Made by a program: the position numbers and the translations under genes
Shown here: piece by piece, positions 1-9,148 of the stretch
Layout of the letters: each line of letters starts with the position of its first letter
How positions within the stretch are numbered: position 1 is the stretch's first letter
Assembly: GCF_044372965.1 (NCBI RefSeq)
Contig: NZ_JBILQX010000001.1
Span: 40,806-104,805, forward strand
Length of the DNA: 64,000 bases
Direction of reading: 5' to 3'
Origin: Elstera sp.
Lineage (GTDB): Bacteria; Pseudomonadota; Alphaproteobacteria; Elsterales; Elsteraceae
The notes under the pieces: generated by a model
What the model saw: only the letters and a program-made list of their open reading frames with translations
Databases searched by the model: none
Told to the model about the DNA's origin: nothing

Positions 1-1
1 T

Positions 2-154
2 AAGGGGCCGCAAGAAGAGCTATATCGGTTTTACAACACCGCAACAAATTCGCACTTCTTCACGACGTCAGAAGCAGAGCGCGATAGCATTATTGGATCC
101 CTTCCAAATTTCAAGTATGAAGGAATTGCTTTCTACGTGGATATTCTGACTTAA
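2..154 (+). CDS. C-terminal fragment (window-truncated) of a repeat protein paralogous to 1067..2470
   Basis: Frame 2 reads KGPQEELYRFYNTATNSHFFTTSEAERDSIIGSLPNFKYEGIAFYVDILT*. This is colinear with the C-terminus of the 467-aa ORF (QEELYRFYNTASGAHFFTTSEAERDNIVANLPLLTYEGVAFYVDIMT*). Confidence 0.6.
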   Translation, partial: KGPQEELYRFYNTATNSHFFTTSEAERDSIIGSLPNFKYEGIAFYVDILT

Positions 155-291
155 ACCCTGTCCAAATCGTGACAGAAACGTAAGTTGTGCCCCAGGGCGA
201 ATTCTGATGGAATCCGCCCTATGCGTTTTTCTGCCGAAATTTCGACAGGATCGTCGGCTAGAAAGAGCGCAATGGACTCATGTGGGGATAG

Positions 292-810
292 ATGATGATC
301 GGCACGAAATTAACCGCTGTTGGGCTGGTAGCCCTAGCTTTGGCGGGGTGCGCGGCAAATCCCGGCGGCTCGGGCCAGCTTGGCGATTCCTGTGGCGAGC
401 TTGGCTGGGGTCGCATCGGCGGTACCCTCGCGGGGGCCACCGGAGGCGCGTTTTTAGGCTCGGCTTTTCGTGGCGCGGGCCGCAGCACCCAAGGCGCGGC
501 GATTGCCGTGGGGGCGCTCGCGGGGGCTGCCGCAGGGTATTTCGCAGGCAATTCCATCGATAAGGGCCAGTGTGAACAGGCGATGGCCGCACGCAATCGC
601 GCCTTAGATAACGGCCAGATCGGCCAAACCATAGCCTGGAACCAGGGTGAAAGCCGGGGCACCTTTACGCCGACGCGCGAGGGCCGCGATCAATCCGGCG
701 CGGTCTGCAAAGAATATGAGCAAACGATCTATGTGGACGGCAAATCCGAAACCGGCATTGGCCGCGCCTGCCGCCGGGGCGATGGCCGCTGGCAGATCGT
801 GAACGACTGA
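292..810 (+). CDS. Outer-membrane lipoprotein, glycine-zipper / 17-kDa surface-antigen-like
   Basis: Signal peptide with lipobox LALAGC, then a Gly/Ala-rich glycine-zipper stretch. The C-terminal AVCKEY...GRACRRGDGRWQIV module is typical of this lipoprotein family (family name from memory). Confidence 0.75.
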   Translation: MMIGTKLTAVGLVALALAGCAANPGGSGQLGDSCGELGWGRIGGTLAGATGGAFLGSAFRGAGRSTQGAAIAVGALAGAAAGYFAGNSIDKGQCEQAMAARNRALDNGQIGQTIAWNQGESRGTFTPTREGRDQSGAVCKEYEQTIYVDGKSETGIGRACRRGDGRWQIVND

Positions 811-855
811 ATATTTTAGCGCTTCGACCGCAATCTAGCCGTCTCAAACATCGCT

Positions 856-888
856 CCCGGTCACGCCAAGGCTACCGGGGGCTTTTTT
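856..888 (+). terminator. Putative intrinsic terminator of the lipoprotein gene
   Basis: Stem CCCGGT/ACCGGG (856-861 / 874-879) followed by GGCTTTTTT. Confidence 0.4.
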
Positions 889-1066
889 ATATCGGCGACA
901 ATCTCTGTAACGCCTCTCCAGCAAGGTTAAAAAATCACTTCAATACAGATGTATTCGAGATAAAATTGCTAACAGAATGTTAATTTAATTTGCCATTTTA
1001 GGGAATTTTGATATGGTTCACCAACTTTCGCACCCGCCCCAAACATAGAGTAGGTGGCCATAAGCC

Positions 1067-2470
1067 ATGACCATTCGCGCAACTTACACCTTTACCGACG
1101 CGACTAACACCGCAGCTTCCTATAAGAATGCTATTCAATCGAATCTCACGGCGGCGGTCGAAGCGTGGTCCAAGGTGCTCGCGGGCGATGCGAGTATTCA
1201 GATTAGCGTTCAAACGTCGGGTTCGATCGGCAGCAATTACGGCGGCGGCTTTGCGGCGGATCTCGTGACGCACGGAGTTTCCGGTGGTAAATACCAGACG
1301 GAAGCGACGTTTGGTCACCAAATTCGGACGGGAATCGACGCAAACGGTAGCAAGTTCGACGCCAATATCATCATTAACGGTTATGGGTTGGATGAATTTT
1401 TCTTCGACCCATCGCCTTACGATAGCGGGGGAGATATCCCGAGCGATAAGTATGATTTTTATTCGTTGATGCTATACTCTGTTGGTAAAGCCCTTGGTTT
1501 TCATGGATTTCAAACAGCGGCGGCTAGTATTTACAGTAGAACCTATAAAACCATCTATGATGACCTCGTGGTTTATAAAGGTGGCACGCCCTATTTCAGC
1601 GGTGAAAACGTTAGAAAATATTATGGTTCGGATCTTGCGTTAAACCCGAATGATATTTACTCCATTAATACGAAAATATATAATGGCGAGCAGTTTACCA
1701 ATAGCGCCGTTAGCGAATCGGTTCTCCTCGGGCAGCGTCGGCAAATTTCGGCAATCGAAAAAGCCATGCTCGCCGACCAAGGGATTGGTACGGATCAGGC
1801 TGATATTTTAAAAGCCCATATCGATGTTTCGGGAAAGTCGATCAAACTCAATGCCGGGGCTGGAACCGATACGATCGTTTACGACGGCCGGAAAGCTGAC
1901 TATTCGGTTAAATACTCGGCCGCCGACGGGACCTACAAAGTAACCGGCAAGGGTTATGCCGATACATTGATTTCAGCCGAGCAAATTCGGTTTAGCGACG
2001 GCACCTATTGGATTGAAGATGCCGCTGGGGTGACTAATGGTGTTCACCGCTTCTATAATACTGCGACGAATTCCCATTTTTATACTGGCTCAAATGCAGA
2101 AACCAATAGCGTGCGCACGTCGATGCCCTATGCTGTCGAGGAAGGATTTGCCTTTGCCTCGGCGAGCGGTAAGACCGGCCTTGAGGTGTTCCGCTTCCAG
2201 AATGAAAAAACCGGCGCGTATTTTTATACGATCAGCACGTCTGAGCGGGACTCTATTCTAAAATCGCTACCGCAGTTTTCGTATCAGGGAAGCAGTTTCA
2301 AAGCCTATACCGCCGACAATGGCCCGCAGGAAGAACTTTATCGGTTCTACAATACGGCCAGCGGCGCGCATTTCTTCACAACGTCCGAAGCGGAGCGCGA
2401 TAATATTGTCGCCAACCTTCCTCTCTTGACCTACGAGGGCGTTGCCTTCTACGTCGATATTATGACCTAA
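1067..2470 (+). CDS. Large repeat protein with three C-terminal RFYN-x-G-HFYT-type repeats and a degenerate metzincin-like N-terminal region
   Basis: Three repeats: HRFYNTATNSHFYTGSNAETN, FRFQNEKTGAYFYTISTSERD, YRFYNTASGAHFFTTSEAERD (I recall this as a DUF5648-type repeat). LMLYSVGKALGF occupies the position of a HEIGHALGF zinc motif. No obvious signal peptide. G+C is lower than in neighbouring genes. Confidence 0.7.
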   Translation: MTIRATYTFTDATNTAASYKNAIQSNLTAAVEAWSKVLAGDASIQISVQTSGSIGSNYGGGFAADLVTHGVSGGKYQTEATFGHQIRTGIDANGSKFDANIIINGYGLDEFFFDPSPYDSGGDIPSDKYDFYSLMLYSVGKALGFHGFQTAAASIYSRTYKTIYDDLVVYKGGTPYFSGENVRKYYGSDLALNPNDIYSINTKIYNGEQFTNSAVSESVLLGQRRQISAIEKAMLADQGIGTDQADILKAHIDVSGKSIKLNAGAGTDTIVYDGRKADYSVKYSAADGTYKVTGKGYADTLISAEQIRFSDGTYWIEDAAGVTNGVHRFYNTATNSHFYTGSNAETNSVRTSMPYAVEEGFAFASASGKTGLEVFRFQNEKTGAYFYTISTSERDSILKSLPQFSYQGSSFKAYTADNGPQEELYRFYNTASGAHFFTTSEAERDNIVANLPLLTYEGVAFYVDIMT

Positions 2471-2474
2471 GCTG

Positions 2475-2511
2475 AAAAAAGTAGGGCCGCCCTGAGGGGC
2501 GGCCCTTTTTT
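2475..2511. terminator. Bidirectional intrinsic terminator between convergent genes
   Basis: A6, then stem GGGCCGCCC (2484-2492), loop TGAG, stem GGGCGGCCC (2497-2505), then T6. It lies between the stop at 2470 (+) and the clpA stop at 2518 (-). Confidence 0.8.
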
Positions 2512-2517
2512 GTGTTT

Positions 2518-4836
2518 CTACTCGACCAGTTCGGCTTCCGGCTCCGTCGCCTTGCGGCCCGGTGCGGAGGTAACAAGGAACGAGAGTTCCCCATCGCTCC
2601 CCACATCCACCTGAACATGCCCACCGTGGGCGAGCTTGCCGAACAGCAGTTCCTCGGCCAGCGGCTTTTTGACCGTATCTTGGATGACGCGGGCTAGAGG
2701 GCGCGCGCCATAGAGCGGATCGAAACCTTTCTTCGACAGCCAGGATTTGGCCGCTTCCGTTAGTTCCAGCACCACATGACGGTCGGCCAATTGCGCTTCG
2801 AGTTGGATAACGAACTTATCCACGACCCGATCCATCACCTCCGGCGACAGGTTGGCGAAGGGGATGGTGGCGTCCAGACGATTGCGGAACTCGGGCGTAA
2901 ACATCCGCTCGATGGCTTCTTTATCCTCGCCCGTGCGCCGTTCCCGCTCGAACCCGAAGGCGGCTTTAGCCATATCGGCCGCGCCCGCATTCGTCGTCAT
3001 GATCAGGATCACATTCCGGAAATCGACATTCTTGCCGTTGTGATCGGTCAGTTTGCCGTGGTCCATCACTTGCAGCAGGATATTGTACAGGTCCGGGTGG
3101 GCCTTTTCGATTTCATCCAGCAGCAGCACGCAATGGGGGTTCTGATCGATGGCATCGGTCAAGAGCCCGCCCTGATCGAAGCCTACATAGCCCGGCGGCG
3201 CACCAATCAGGCGGCTAACGGTATGGCGCTCCATATATTCCGACATGTCGAAGCGTTTCAGTTCGATGCCTAAAAGCCGCGCCAACTGGCGCGCCACTTC
3301 GGTCTTCCCGACGCCGGTAGGGCCGGAGAAAAGATAGTTCCCAATCGGCTTTTCAGCATCGCGCAGCCCCGCCCGCGCCAGTTTGATGGCGCTGGAGAGG
3401 GCTTTGATGGCTTCATCTTGCCCGAAGACCACCGTGGAAAGATCGCGCTCAAGGGTTTTCAGCACTTCGCGGTCGTCCGACGAGACGGCCTTTGGCGGGA
3501 TTCGGGCGATTTTGGCAACCACCCCCTCCACGTCTTTCACCGAAATCGTCTTCTTGCGTTTCGACAGCGGCAGCAGCATTTGCGCCGCCCCCACTTCGTC
3601 GATCACATCGATAGCCTTATCGGGCAGCTTGCGGTCGTTGATATAGCGCGCCGAAAGCTCCACCGCTGTGCGGATAGCCTCATTGGTGTAGCGCACCTTA
3701 TGGTGCTGCTCGTAATAGGGCTTGAGGCCCTTGAGGATCTTGATCGAATCTTCCACCGAAGGTTCGGCCACATCGATCTTCTGGAAGCGCCGCACCAACG
3801 CGCGGTCTTTTTCGAAGTAGCTGCGGTATTCCTTATAGGTAGTCGAGCCGATGCAGCGCAGGTTGCCCGCCGCTAACGCCGGTTTCAGCAGGTTCGAGGC
3901 ATCCATCGCCCCGCCCGAGGTTGCGCCGGCGCCGATAATCGTGTGGATTTCATCAATGAACAGCACGGCATTGGGATGGGCTTCAAGCTCGCCCAAAACT
4001 TGCTTCAACCGCTCTTCAAAATCGCCGCGATAACGCGTGCCCGCCAAGAGTGCGCCCATATCGAGCCCGAAGATAGTCGCGCCCAGCAACACTTCCGGCA
4101 CATCGCCATCGACGATACGTTTCGCCAGCCCCTCGGCAATCGCGGTTTTCCCCACGCCCGGATCGCCCACATAAAGCGGGTTATTCTTCGTGCGACGGCA
4201 CAAGATCTGGACGGTGCGATCCACTTCAGCCTCACGGCCGATCAGCGGATCGATCTTGCCGTTCGCCGCCTTCTTATTCAGATCGACGCAATAAGCTTCA
4301 AGCGCTTCTTGGCCCTTTTTCGCCTCTTTCCCCTCTTTCGGGGGCGATGACGGCGCAGCTTCCTCTTCAGCCCCCGCCGTGCGGCGGGTTTCCGAGCGGC
4401 CCGGCACTTTGGCGATACCGTGGGAGATGAAGTTCACCGCGTCGAACCGGCTCATATCCTGCTCTTGCAGGAAATACACGGCGTGACTTTCCCGTTCCGA
4501 GAACAGCGCCACCAGCACATTCGCGCCCGTAACTTCCGCCCGGCCCGACGATTGCACGTGGATCACCGCCCGCTGCACGACGCGCTGGAAGCCGGAGGTT
4601 GGCTTTGCGTCTTCGGTTCGGCTGCTGACGATATTCGACAGCTCGTTATCGAGATAATTGGTTAGGTCGCGGCGCAGCTTATCGAGATCGACACCGCAGG
4701 CGCGAAACACGCCCAACGCATCTTGATCGTCGGTGAGAGACATCAGGAGATGCTCCAGCGTGGCAAACTCGTGCCGACGCTTATTGGCAAGCTCCAGGGC
4801 CGTATGCAGGCTCTTTTCCAGGTTCCGCGAGAGCAT
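2518..4836 (-). CDS. clpA: ATP-dependent Clp protease ATP-binding subunit ClpA
   Basis: N-terminus MLSRNLEKSLHTALELANKRRHEFATLEHLL, and two AAA+ modules (GDPGVGKTAIAEG and GPTGVGKTEVARQL Walker A). It lies directly downstream of clpS. ATG at 4836 is preceded by GGAGAAGGAG; the ORF-track start at 4863 would overlap clpS. Confidence 0.95.
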   Translation of the reverse strand: MLSRNLEKSLHTALELANKRRHEFATLEHLLMSLTDDQDALGVFRACGVDLDKLRRDLTNYLDNELSNIVSSRTEDAKPTSGFQRVVQRAVIHVQSSGRAEVTGANVLVALFSERESHAVYFLQEQDMSRFDAVNFISHGIAKVPGRSETRRTAGAEEEAAPSSPPKEGKEAKKGQEALEAYCVDLNKKAANGKIDPLIGREAEVDRTVQILCRRTKNNPLYVGDPGVGKTAIAEGLAKRIVDGDVPEVLLGATIFGLDMGALLAGTRYRGDFEERLKQVLGELEAHPNAVLFIDEIHTIIGAGATSGGAMDASNLLKPALAAGNLRCIGSTTYKEYRSYFEKDRALVRRFQKIDVAEPSVEDSIKILKGLKPYYEQHHKVRYTNEAIRTAVELSARYINDRKLPDKAIDVIDEVGAAQMLLPLSKRKKTISVKDVEGVVAKIARIPPKAVSSDDREVLKTLERDLSTVVFGQDEAIKALSSAIKLARAGLRDAEKPIGNYLFSGPTGVGKTEVARQLARLLGIELKRFDMSEYMERHTVSRLIGAPPGYVGFDQGGLLTDAIDQNPHCVLLLDEIEKAHPDLYNILLQVMDHGKLTDHNGKNVDFRNVILIMTTNAGAADMAKAAFGFERERRTGEDKEAIERMFTPEFRNRLDATIPFANLSPEVMDRVVDKFVIQLEAQLADRHVVLELTEAAKSWLSKKGFDPLYGARPLARVIQDTVKKPLAEELLFGKLAHGGHVQVDVGSDGELSFLVTSAPGRKATEPEAELVE

Positions 4837-4841
4837 TAAGG

Positions 4842-5168
4842 CTACTCCTTCTCCAAGGTGCACTGCAAAGGGTGCTGGTGTCGGCGGGCAAAGTCCATCA
4901 CTTCCGTGACTTTCGTTTCCGCCACCTCATAGGTGAAGACACCGCACACCCCCACACCACGCTGATGGACATGCAGCATAATCCGCGTGGCTTCTTCCTT
5001 ATTCTTCTGGAAAAACCTTTCGAGAATGTGAACGACGAACTCCATCGGCGTGTAATCGTCGTTTAACATAAGAACCCTGTACATAGACGGCTTCTTGGTC
5101 TTTGGCTTGGCCTTGACCGCAACGCCCGTATTATTGCCAGGATTTCCGTTTTTCAGATCGTCGCTCAT
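4842..5168 (-). CDS. clpS: ATP-dependent Clp protease adaptor ClpS
   Basis: Core [24 protein letters not shown]...[27 protein letters not shown] is a textbook ClpS sequence. ATG at 5168 is preferred; an upstream GTG at 5192 is possible. Confidence 0.92.
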   Translation of the reverse strand: MSDDLKNGNPGNNTGVAVKAKPKTKKPSMYRVLMLNDDYTPMEFVVHILERFFQKNKEEATRIMLHVHQRGVGVCGVFTYEVAETKVTEVMDFARRHQHPLQCTLEKE

Positions 5169-5555
5169 TCTACTCGAAGGTATTTTCCGCACGGGTGGGA
5201 GGGATTGGGTTGGAGAAATAGGGAACTATCTGGTCAGGCGGCGCGTTTAAACTGCCGGGCCGTGATTCATCATATGAGATGAAATCCGCCTTAGAAAAGG
5301 GGGGTTCTATCGCAGTGCCACAGGTTTTACCGGCCAAGGCAAGCGCCTTTCCTGACGTGCCCCGCTAAGCCCCTGAATTTGCCTACTTAACGCCGTTAGC
5401 ATCCCTGCCATCCCCCTGTCGCTCAAAATGGCGTGACGATTGCTTCTGCTTCACTGTAGCCTGACACGGTCGCGTGTCGTTGATCCGGTGATATACGGTT
5501 GCCGGATGGAAGCTTCGATCGAGTCCCCTCCAACGCTTGACGCGAGGCCCTGCCC

Positions 5556-6377
5556 ATGTTCATCCGCTATGGCTATGAAATCACTTTAAACTGCGCGCAA
5601 CCAACCGCGCTGGTCTGCCTCCTGTCGGTCACGGCGGATCGGGATGCCGATATTCGTGTGCCGGAAACGACCTTCACCAACCCTTCGGTGCCGACGACGG
5701 TCTACCACGACCTCTTCGGCAACTTGTGTCGCCGGATGGTGGCGCCCGCGGGCGACATCACCATTTGGGGCGATGCTACCATCGAAGATTCAGGTTTAGT
5801 CGACCGGGCCAATTTCGCGGCGCGGGAAATTCCCGTAACCGATTTACCCGATTCCTGCCTCGTCTATCTGATGGGCAGCCGCTATTGCGAAACTGATAAG
5901 CTGAGCCAAACCGCTTGGGATCTGTTCGGCCATCTGCCGCCGGGCTGGGCCCGCGTGCAGGCCGTGTGTGATTTCGTGCACAAGCATATTCGCTTTGATT
6001 ACATGCAGGCGCGCTCCACCCGCACGGCCTTCGAAGCCTATAACGAAGGCATCGGCGTTTGCCGCGATTATGCCCATCTTGCCCTCACGCTCTGCCGCTG
6101 CCTGAATATTCCAGCGCGCTACATTAATGGGCATTTGGGCGATATCGGCGTGCCGGTGGTCAATCCCATGGATTTTAGCGCCTGGATTGAGGTTTTCTTA
6201 GAGGGCGAATGGTATACCTTTGACCCGCGCAATAATAAGCCGCGCATTGGCCGCATTATCGTGGCCCGCGGTCGGGATGCCGCCGATATTCCGCTTATCA
6301 ATTCCTTCGGCCCGCACCTGCTGAAATCCTTCCGCGTCTGGACCTATGAAGTGCCCGATCCCCGGCTTGGGCAATAA
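5556..6377 (+). CDS. Transglutaminase-like cysteine peptidase family protein
   Basis: GVCRDYAHLALTLCRCLNIPARYINGH matches the transglutaminase-core Cys motif, with downstream His/Asp (FSAWIEVFLEGEWYTFDP). Confidence 0.85.
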   Translation: MFIRYGYEITLNCAQPTALVCLLSVTADRDADIRVPETTFTNPSVPTTVYHDLFGNLCRRMVAPAGDITIWGDATIEDSGLVDRANFAAREIPVTDLPDSCLVYLMGSRYCETDKLSQTAWDLFGHLPPGWARVQAVCDFVHKHIRFDYMQARSTRTAFEAYNEGIGVCRDYAHLALTLCRCLNIPARYINGHLGDIGVPVVNPMDFSAWIEVFLEGEWYTFDPRNNKPRIGRIIVARGRDAADIPLINSFGPHLLKSFRVWTYEVPDPRLGQ

Positions 6378-6434
6378 AGAAAAGGCTGGCCACCCGTTGG
6401 GGGTTGCCAGCCTTTTCGGCGCGTCGAATGGGGT

Positions 6435-8516
6435 TTAAGCCGCGCGGATATTCCCCAGGAACTCGGTGATTTCCGTACGCAGCGTGTTGCCCGCAAGTGT
6501 AAGCCGATCGGCGGCTTCCAGCACCACATCGGCGGCCTTTTTAGTCTCGCCAGCCCCTAAGGTGACATGGGCGATATTCTCGGTGACATGCTGGGTGCCA
6601 TTGGCCGCCTGTTGTACGTTGCGGGTAATTTCCTGGGTTGCCGTCCCTTGCTCTTCCACCGCCGCCGCAACCGCCGAGGTGATTTCGTTCATCCGGTCGA
6701 TGGTTTTGCCGATGGTTTCGATGGAGCCAACGACGGCACTGGTTTCGGTCTGAACGCCGGTGACTTGCGCTGCAATTTCCTCGGTGGCTTTCGCCGTTTG
6801 CTGCGCAAGGCTTTTGACTTCGGCGGCGACCACGGCAAAGCCCTTGCCCGCTTCCCCGGCGCGCGCCGCTTCGATGGTGGCGTTCAAGGCCAGAAGATTG
6901 GTTTGCGCGGCGATCCCGTTGATCATCGTCACCACCTCGCCGATGCGCTGGGCCGCGTCGCTAAGCTGGCGAACTTGGGAGACGGTACGCTCGGCCTCAT
7001 CGGTCGCCCGCAAGGCAATCGAGGCGCTTTCCTGAACCTGTCGGCCGATTTCGCGTATTGAACTGCTGAGTTCTTCCGAAGCCGCCGCTACCGTCTGCAC
7101 ATTCGCCGACGCTTGCTCGGAGGCAGCCGCTACTGCCGCCGCTTGATCGTCGGTGCGCGCAGCATTGGTGCTCATCACATTGGCGGTGCCCTGCATTTGA
7201 TCGGCCGCCGCGCCCATGGCCGTTAGAATTTCTGCCGTGCCCGAGCCGAAGGTCGCGATGAAGCTCTCAACTTTTTGCTGACGCTCCAGCTTGCGCGCCT
7301 GCTCTTGCGCTTGTTCGGCGTGCAACTGGTCGGCTTCGATGGCCTTGAGGCGCAGGTTTTCAATTGCACCCGCCATTTGACCGATTTCATTCTTGCGGTC
7401 GAGAAACGGCACCACCTGGTCGCGCTGGCCATTGGCGAGGACCGTCACGGTCTCGGTTAGTTTGAACAGCGGCGCCAAAACCTGACGCTGCATCAGAATA
7501 ATCAGGCGCACGAGCGCAAACCCGGTGACGAGAACCAGAAAGCCGCCGAAAGCAAGGCGCCGATAAGCGTTGGAAACTTCTGCCTCAGCCCGACTCTGGC
7601 TTTCCAGAAGCGCGGCATTGCGCAGGCCCATAATGCTTTGCAACTGCGGGACGATCTCCGTCACCATCTCGGTCACACTCTTGCTATAGGGGGCCTGCTG
7701 GCGCGATTCGGCCAGGTGCGTGCCGACGATCTCGCGCCCGCGCGTCATATAGCCTTGCTCCATCGCCCGTTGCGCGGCCAGAAGCTCCGGCGTGGCCCCC
7801 ACTTGCGCGATACCATTGCGCAACCGCTCCGACAGGGTCTCGACCCGCCCGCGCAACTGTTCGACGCGATCTGCTTCCACCTGTGTGAGCGGACGATTGG
7901 CGGTCATGCCCGTGCCCAAAGTCGCGGCCTGCTGGCCCGCGCTTTCACGCATATCGGCGGCAAGGCGCGCCAGCATATTCAAGGCCGCAACCGAAGGATC
8001 GGCAATCGTGGTTTCGGCTTCGAGCTTATTCAAGATGCCATCGGCCTGGGCGCTAATGGCGAACATGCGTTGGAAGTAACCCAGCACAATCTCGCCGCGC
8101 GCGCTGCGCGGTTTGGCAATATCGGTATCGACCGCCGCACGAACGCTGCTGAGCCCTTTGGTTAGGGTTGCCAGCGTCTCCTTCATCGCCGGCTCGCCGC
8201 CGAGGCTCGTAAGCCCAATCGAGACCTTCTGGATAAGATCGTCGGTGGCTTTGCGGGCCTGCTGAAGTTTGGCGAGCGCCGAGGCATCCGCCGCCGCTTC
8301 CGCTGCCAACAGATTATTCGACGGGCTGCGCTCCAGAGCTAAAAATTCGACCATGCGGAGTGTATCGGCAAAAACCGCCGCCGTGACCGATGCCCGATTC
8401 TTGGAAGACATGATGGAAACTTGTGTCGATAATATCTGAATCGCTAAAGCAAAAACGCAAACGCAAATAATGGCCAAGCCAAATTTTACGCGCGCACCGA
8501 TACTGATTTTCGACAC
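6435..8516 (-). CDS. Methyl-accepting chemotaxis protein
   Basis: N-terminal TM helix, second TM plus HAMP region, and the highly conserved signalling hairpin [37 protein letters not shown] at 8516 has a GAGGGG SD 6 nt upstream; the ORF-track TTG at 8549 is the alternative. Confidence 0.9.
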   Translation of the reverse strand: MSKISIGARVKFGLAIICVCVFALAIQILSTQVSIMSSKNRASVTAAVFADTLRMVEFLALERSPSNNLLAAEAAADASALAKLQQARKATDDLIQKVSIGLTSLGGEPAMKETLATLTKGLSSVRAAVDTDIAKPRSARGEIVLGYFQRMFAISAQADGILNKLEAETTIADPSVAALNMLARLAADMRESAGQQAATLGTGMTANRPLTQVEADRVEQLRGRVETLSERLRNGIAQVGATPELLAAQRAMEQGYMTRGREIVGTHLAESRQQAPYSKSVTEMVTEIVPQLQSIMGLRNAALLESQSRAEAEVSNAYRRLAFGGFLVLVTGFALVRLIILMQRQVLAPLFKLTETVTVLANGQRDQVVPFLDRKNEIGQMAGAIENLRLKAIEADQLHAEQAQEQARKLERQQKVESFIATFGSGTAEILTAMGAAADQMQGTANVMSTNAARTDDQAAAVAAASEQASANVQTVAAASEELSSSIREIGRQVQESASIALRATDEAERTVSQVRQLSDAAQRIGEVVTMINGIAAQTNLLALNATIEAARAGEAGKGFAVVAAEVKSLAQQTAKATEEIAAQVTGVQTETSAVVGSIETIGKTIDRMNEITSAVAAAVEEQGTATQEITRNVQQAANGTQHVTENIAHVTLGAGETKKAADVVLEAADRLTLAGNTLRTEITEFLGNIRAA

Positions 8517-8603
8517 GACTGTCCCCTCACTATAGAATACGATTGCCAATACCCCTTGGACCTCGGAGGGTATTTTTCGGGTCAGACACTATGCGGGAAT
8601 TTC

Positions 8604-8618
8604 TTAATTCAAGCTTAA
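8604..8618. promoter_or_regulatory. Perfect CtrA-type box TTAA-N7-TTAA upstream of the MCP gene
   Basis: TTAATTCAAGCTTAA: TTAA at 8604-8607, 7-nt spacer, TTAA at 8615-8618. It lies in the AT-rich MCP/fliJ intergenic region, about 55-100 nt upstream of the MCP start candidates. Confidence 0.45.
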
Positions 8619-8728
8619 TATGATTATTTTATCAATTTTTTACTATGAATTAATTTTTGATTGATTCGGAAAAAATTTAGCCGCCAAAAGATCGAAGACG
8701 TAAATTTTGACAGGAAGACTGAAACAAT

Positions 8729-9148
8729 TCACTGCATCTTGCGTTGATGGGCGACTTCGGCGATTTCATCGAGACGTATGCGATCTTTACGATCCTGCTC
8801 TGCTTTTTCGCGGGCTAGGCGATTGGCTTCGGCCACTTCGAATTTTTTCAACTCTCGATAAGCATCTGTTACCGCATCTTCGGCTTTTAAGATTTGCTCG
8901 CCGATTTGCAGCCGGTTTTGAACCAACGCTTCCCGCCGCCCACGCGCCCAGTCGGAATAAGTCGGCCAATAGCGGGCCAGCAGCATATCATTGGCCGCAA
9001 GTTGGCGTTCGCGCATCACTTCCTGATCGAGCGCAACGATAGAGGCATCGATCTGGGTGGCCAGATCTTCGAGCGCTCGCAGTTCGCGGCGTCGCTCATC
9101 CAACTCGAACTTACGATAGCGGATCAGCGGCTTGAGGGACTTGCTCAC
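8729..9148 (-). CDS. fliJ: Flagellar export protein FliJ
   Basis: 139-aa coiled-coil protein (LIRYRKFELDERRRELRALEDL...). Its start overlaps the fliI stop by 4 nt, which is the canonical fliI-fliJ order. Confidence 0.75.
   Translation of the reverse strand: MSKSLKPLIRYRKFELDERRRELRALEDLATQIDASIVALDQEVMRERQLAANDMLLARYWPTYSDWARGRREALVQNRLQIGEQILKAEDAVTDAYRELKKFEVAEANRLAREKAEQDRKDRIRLDEIAEVAHQRKMQ

Noticed and set aside
207-662. ORFs 207..563 (+), 258..662 (-) and 278..592 (-) overlapping the lipoprotein gene
   Set aside because: These are alternative-frame and antisense readings of the Gly/Ala-rich glycine-zipper region. Only 292..810 has a signal peptide, a lipobox and a conserved C-terminal module.
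4837-4863. N-terminal extension of clpA (MHLGEGVAL...) given by the ORF track
   Set aside because: It would overlap clpS by 22 nt. The ATG at 4836 reproduces the canonical ClpA N-terminus MLSRNLEKSL and has a strong GGAGAAGGAG SD.
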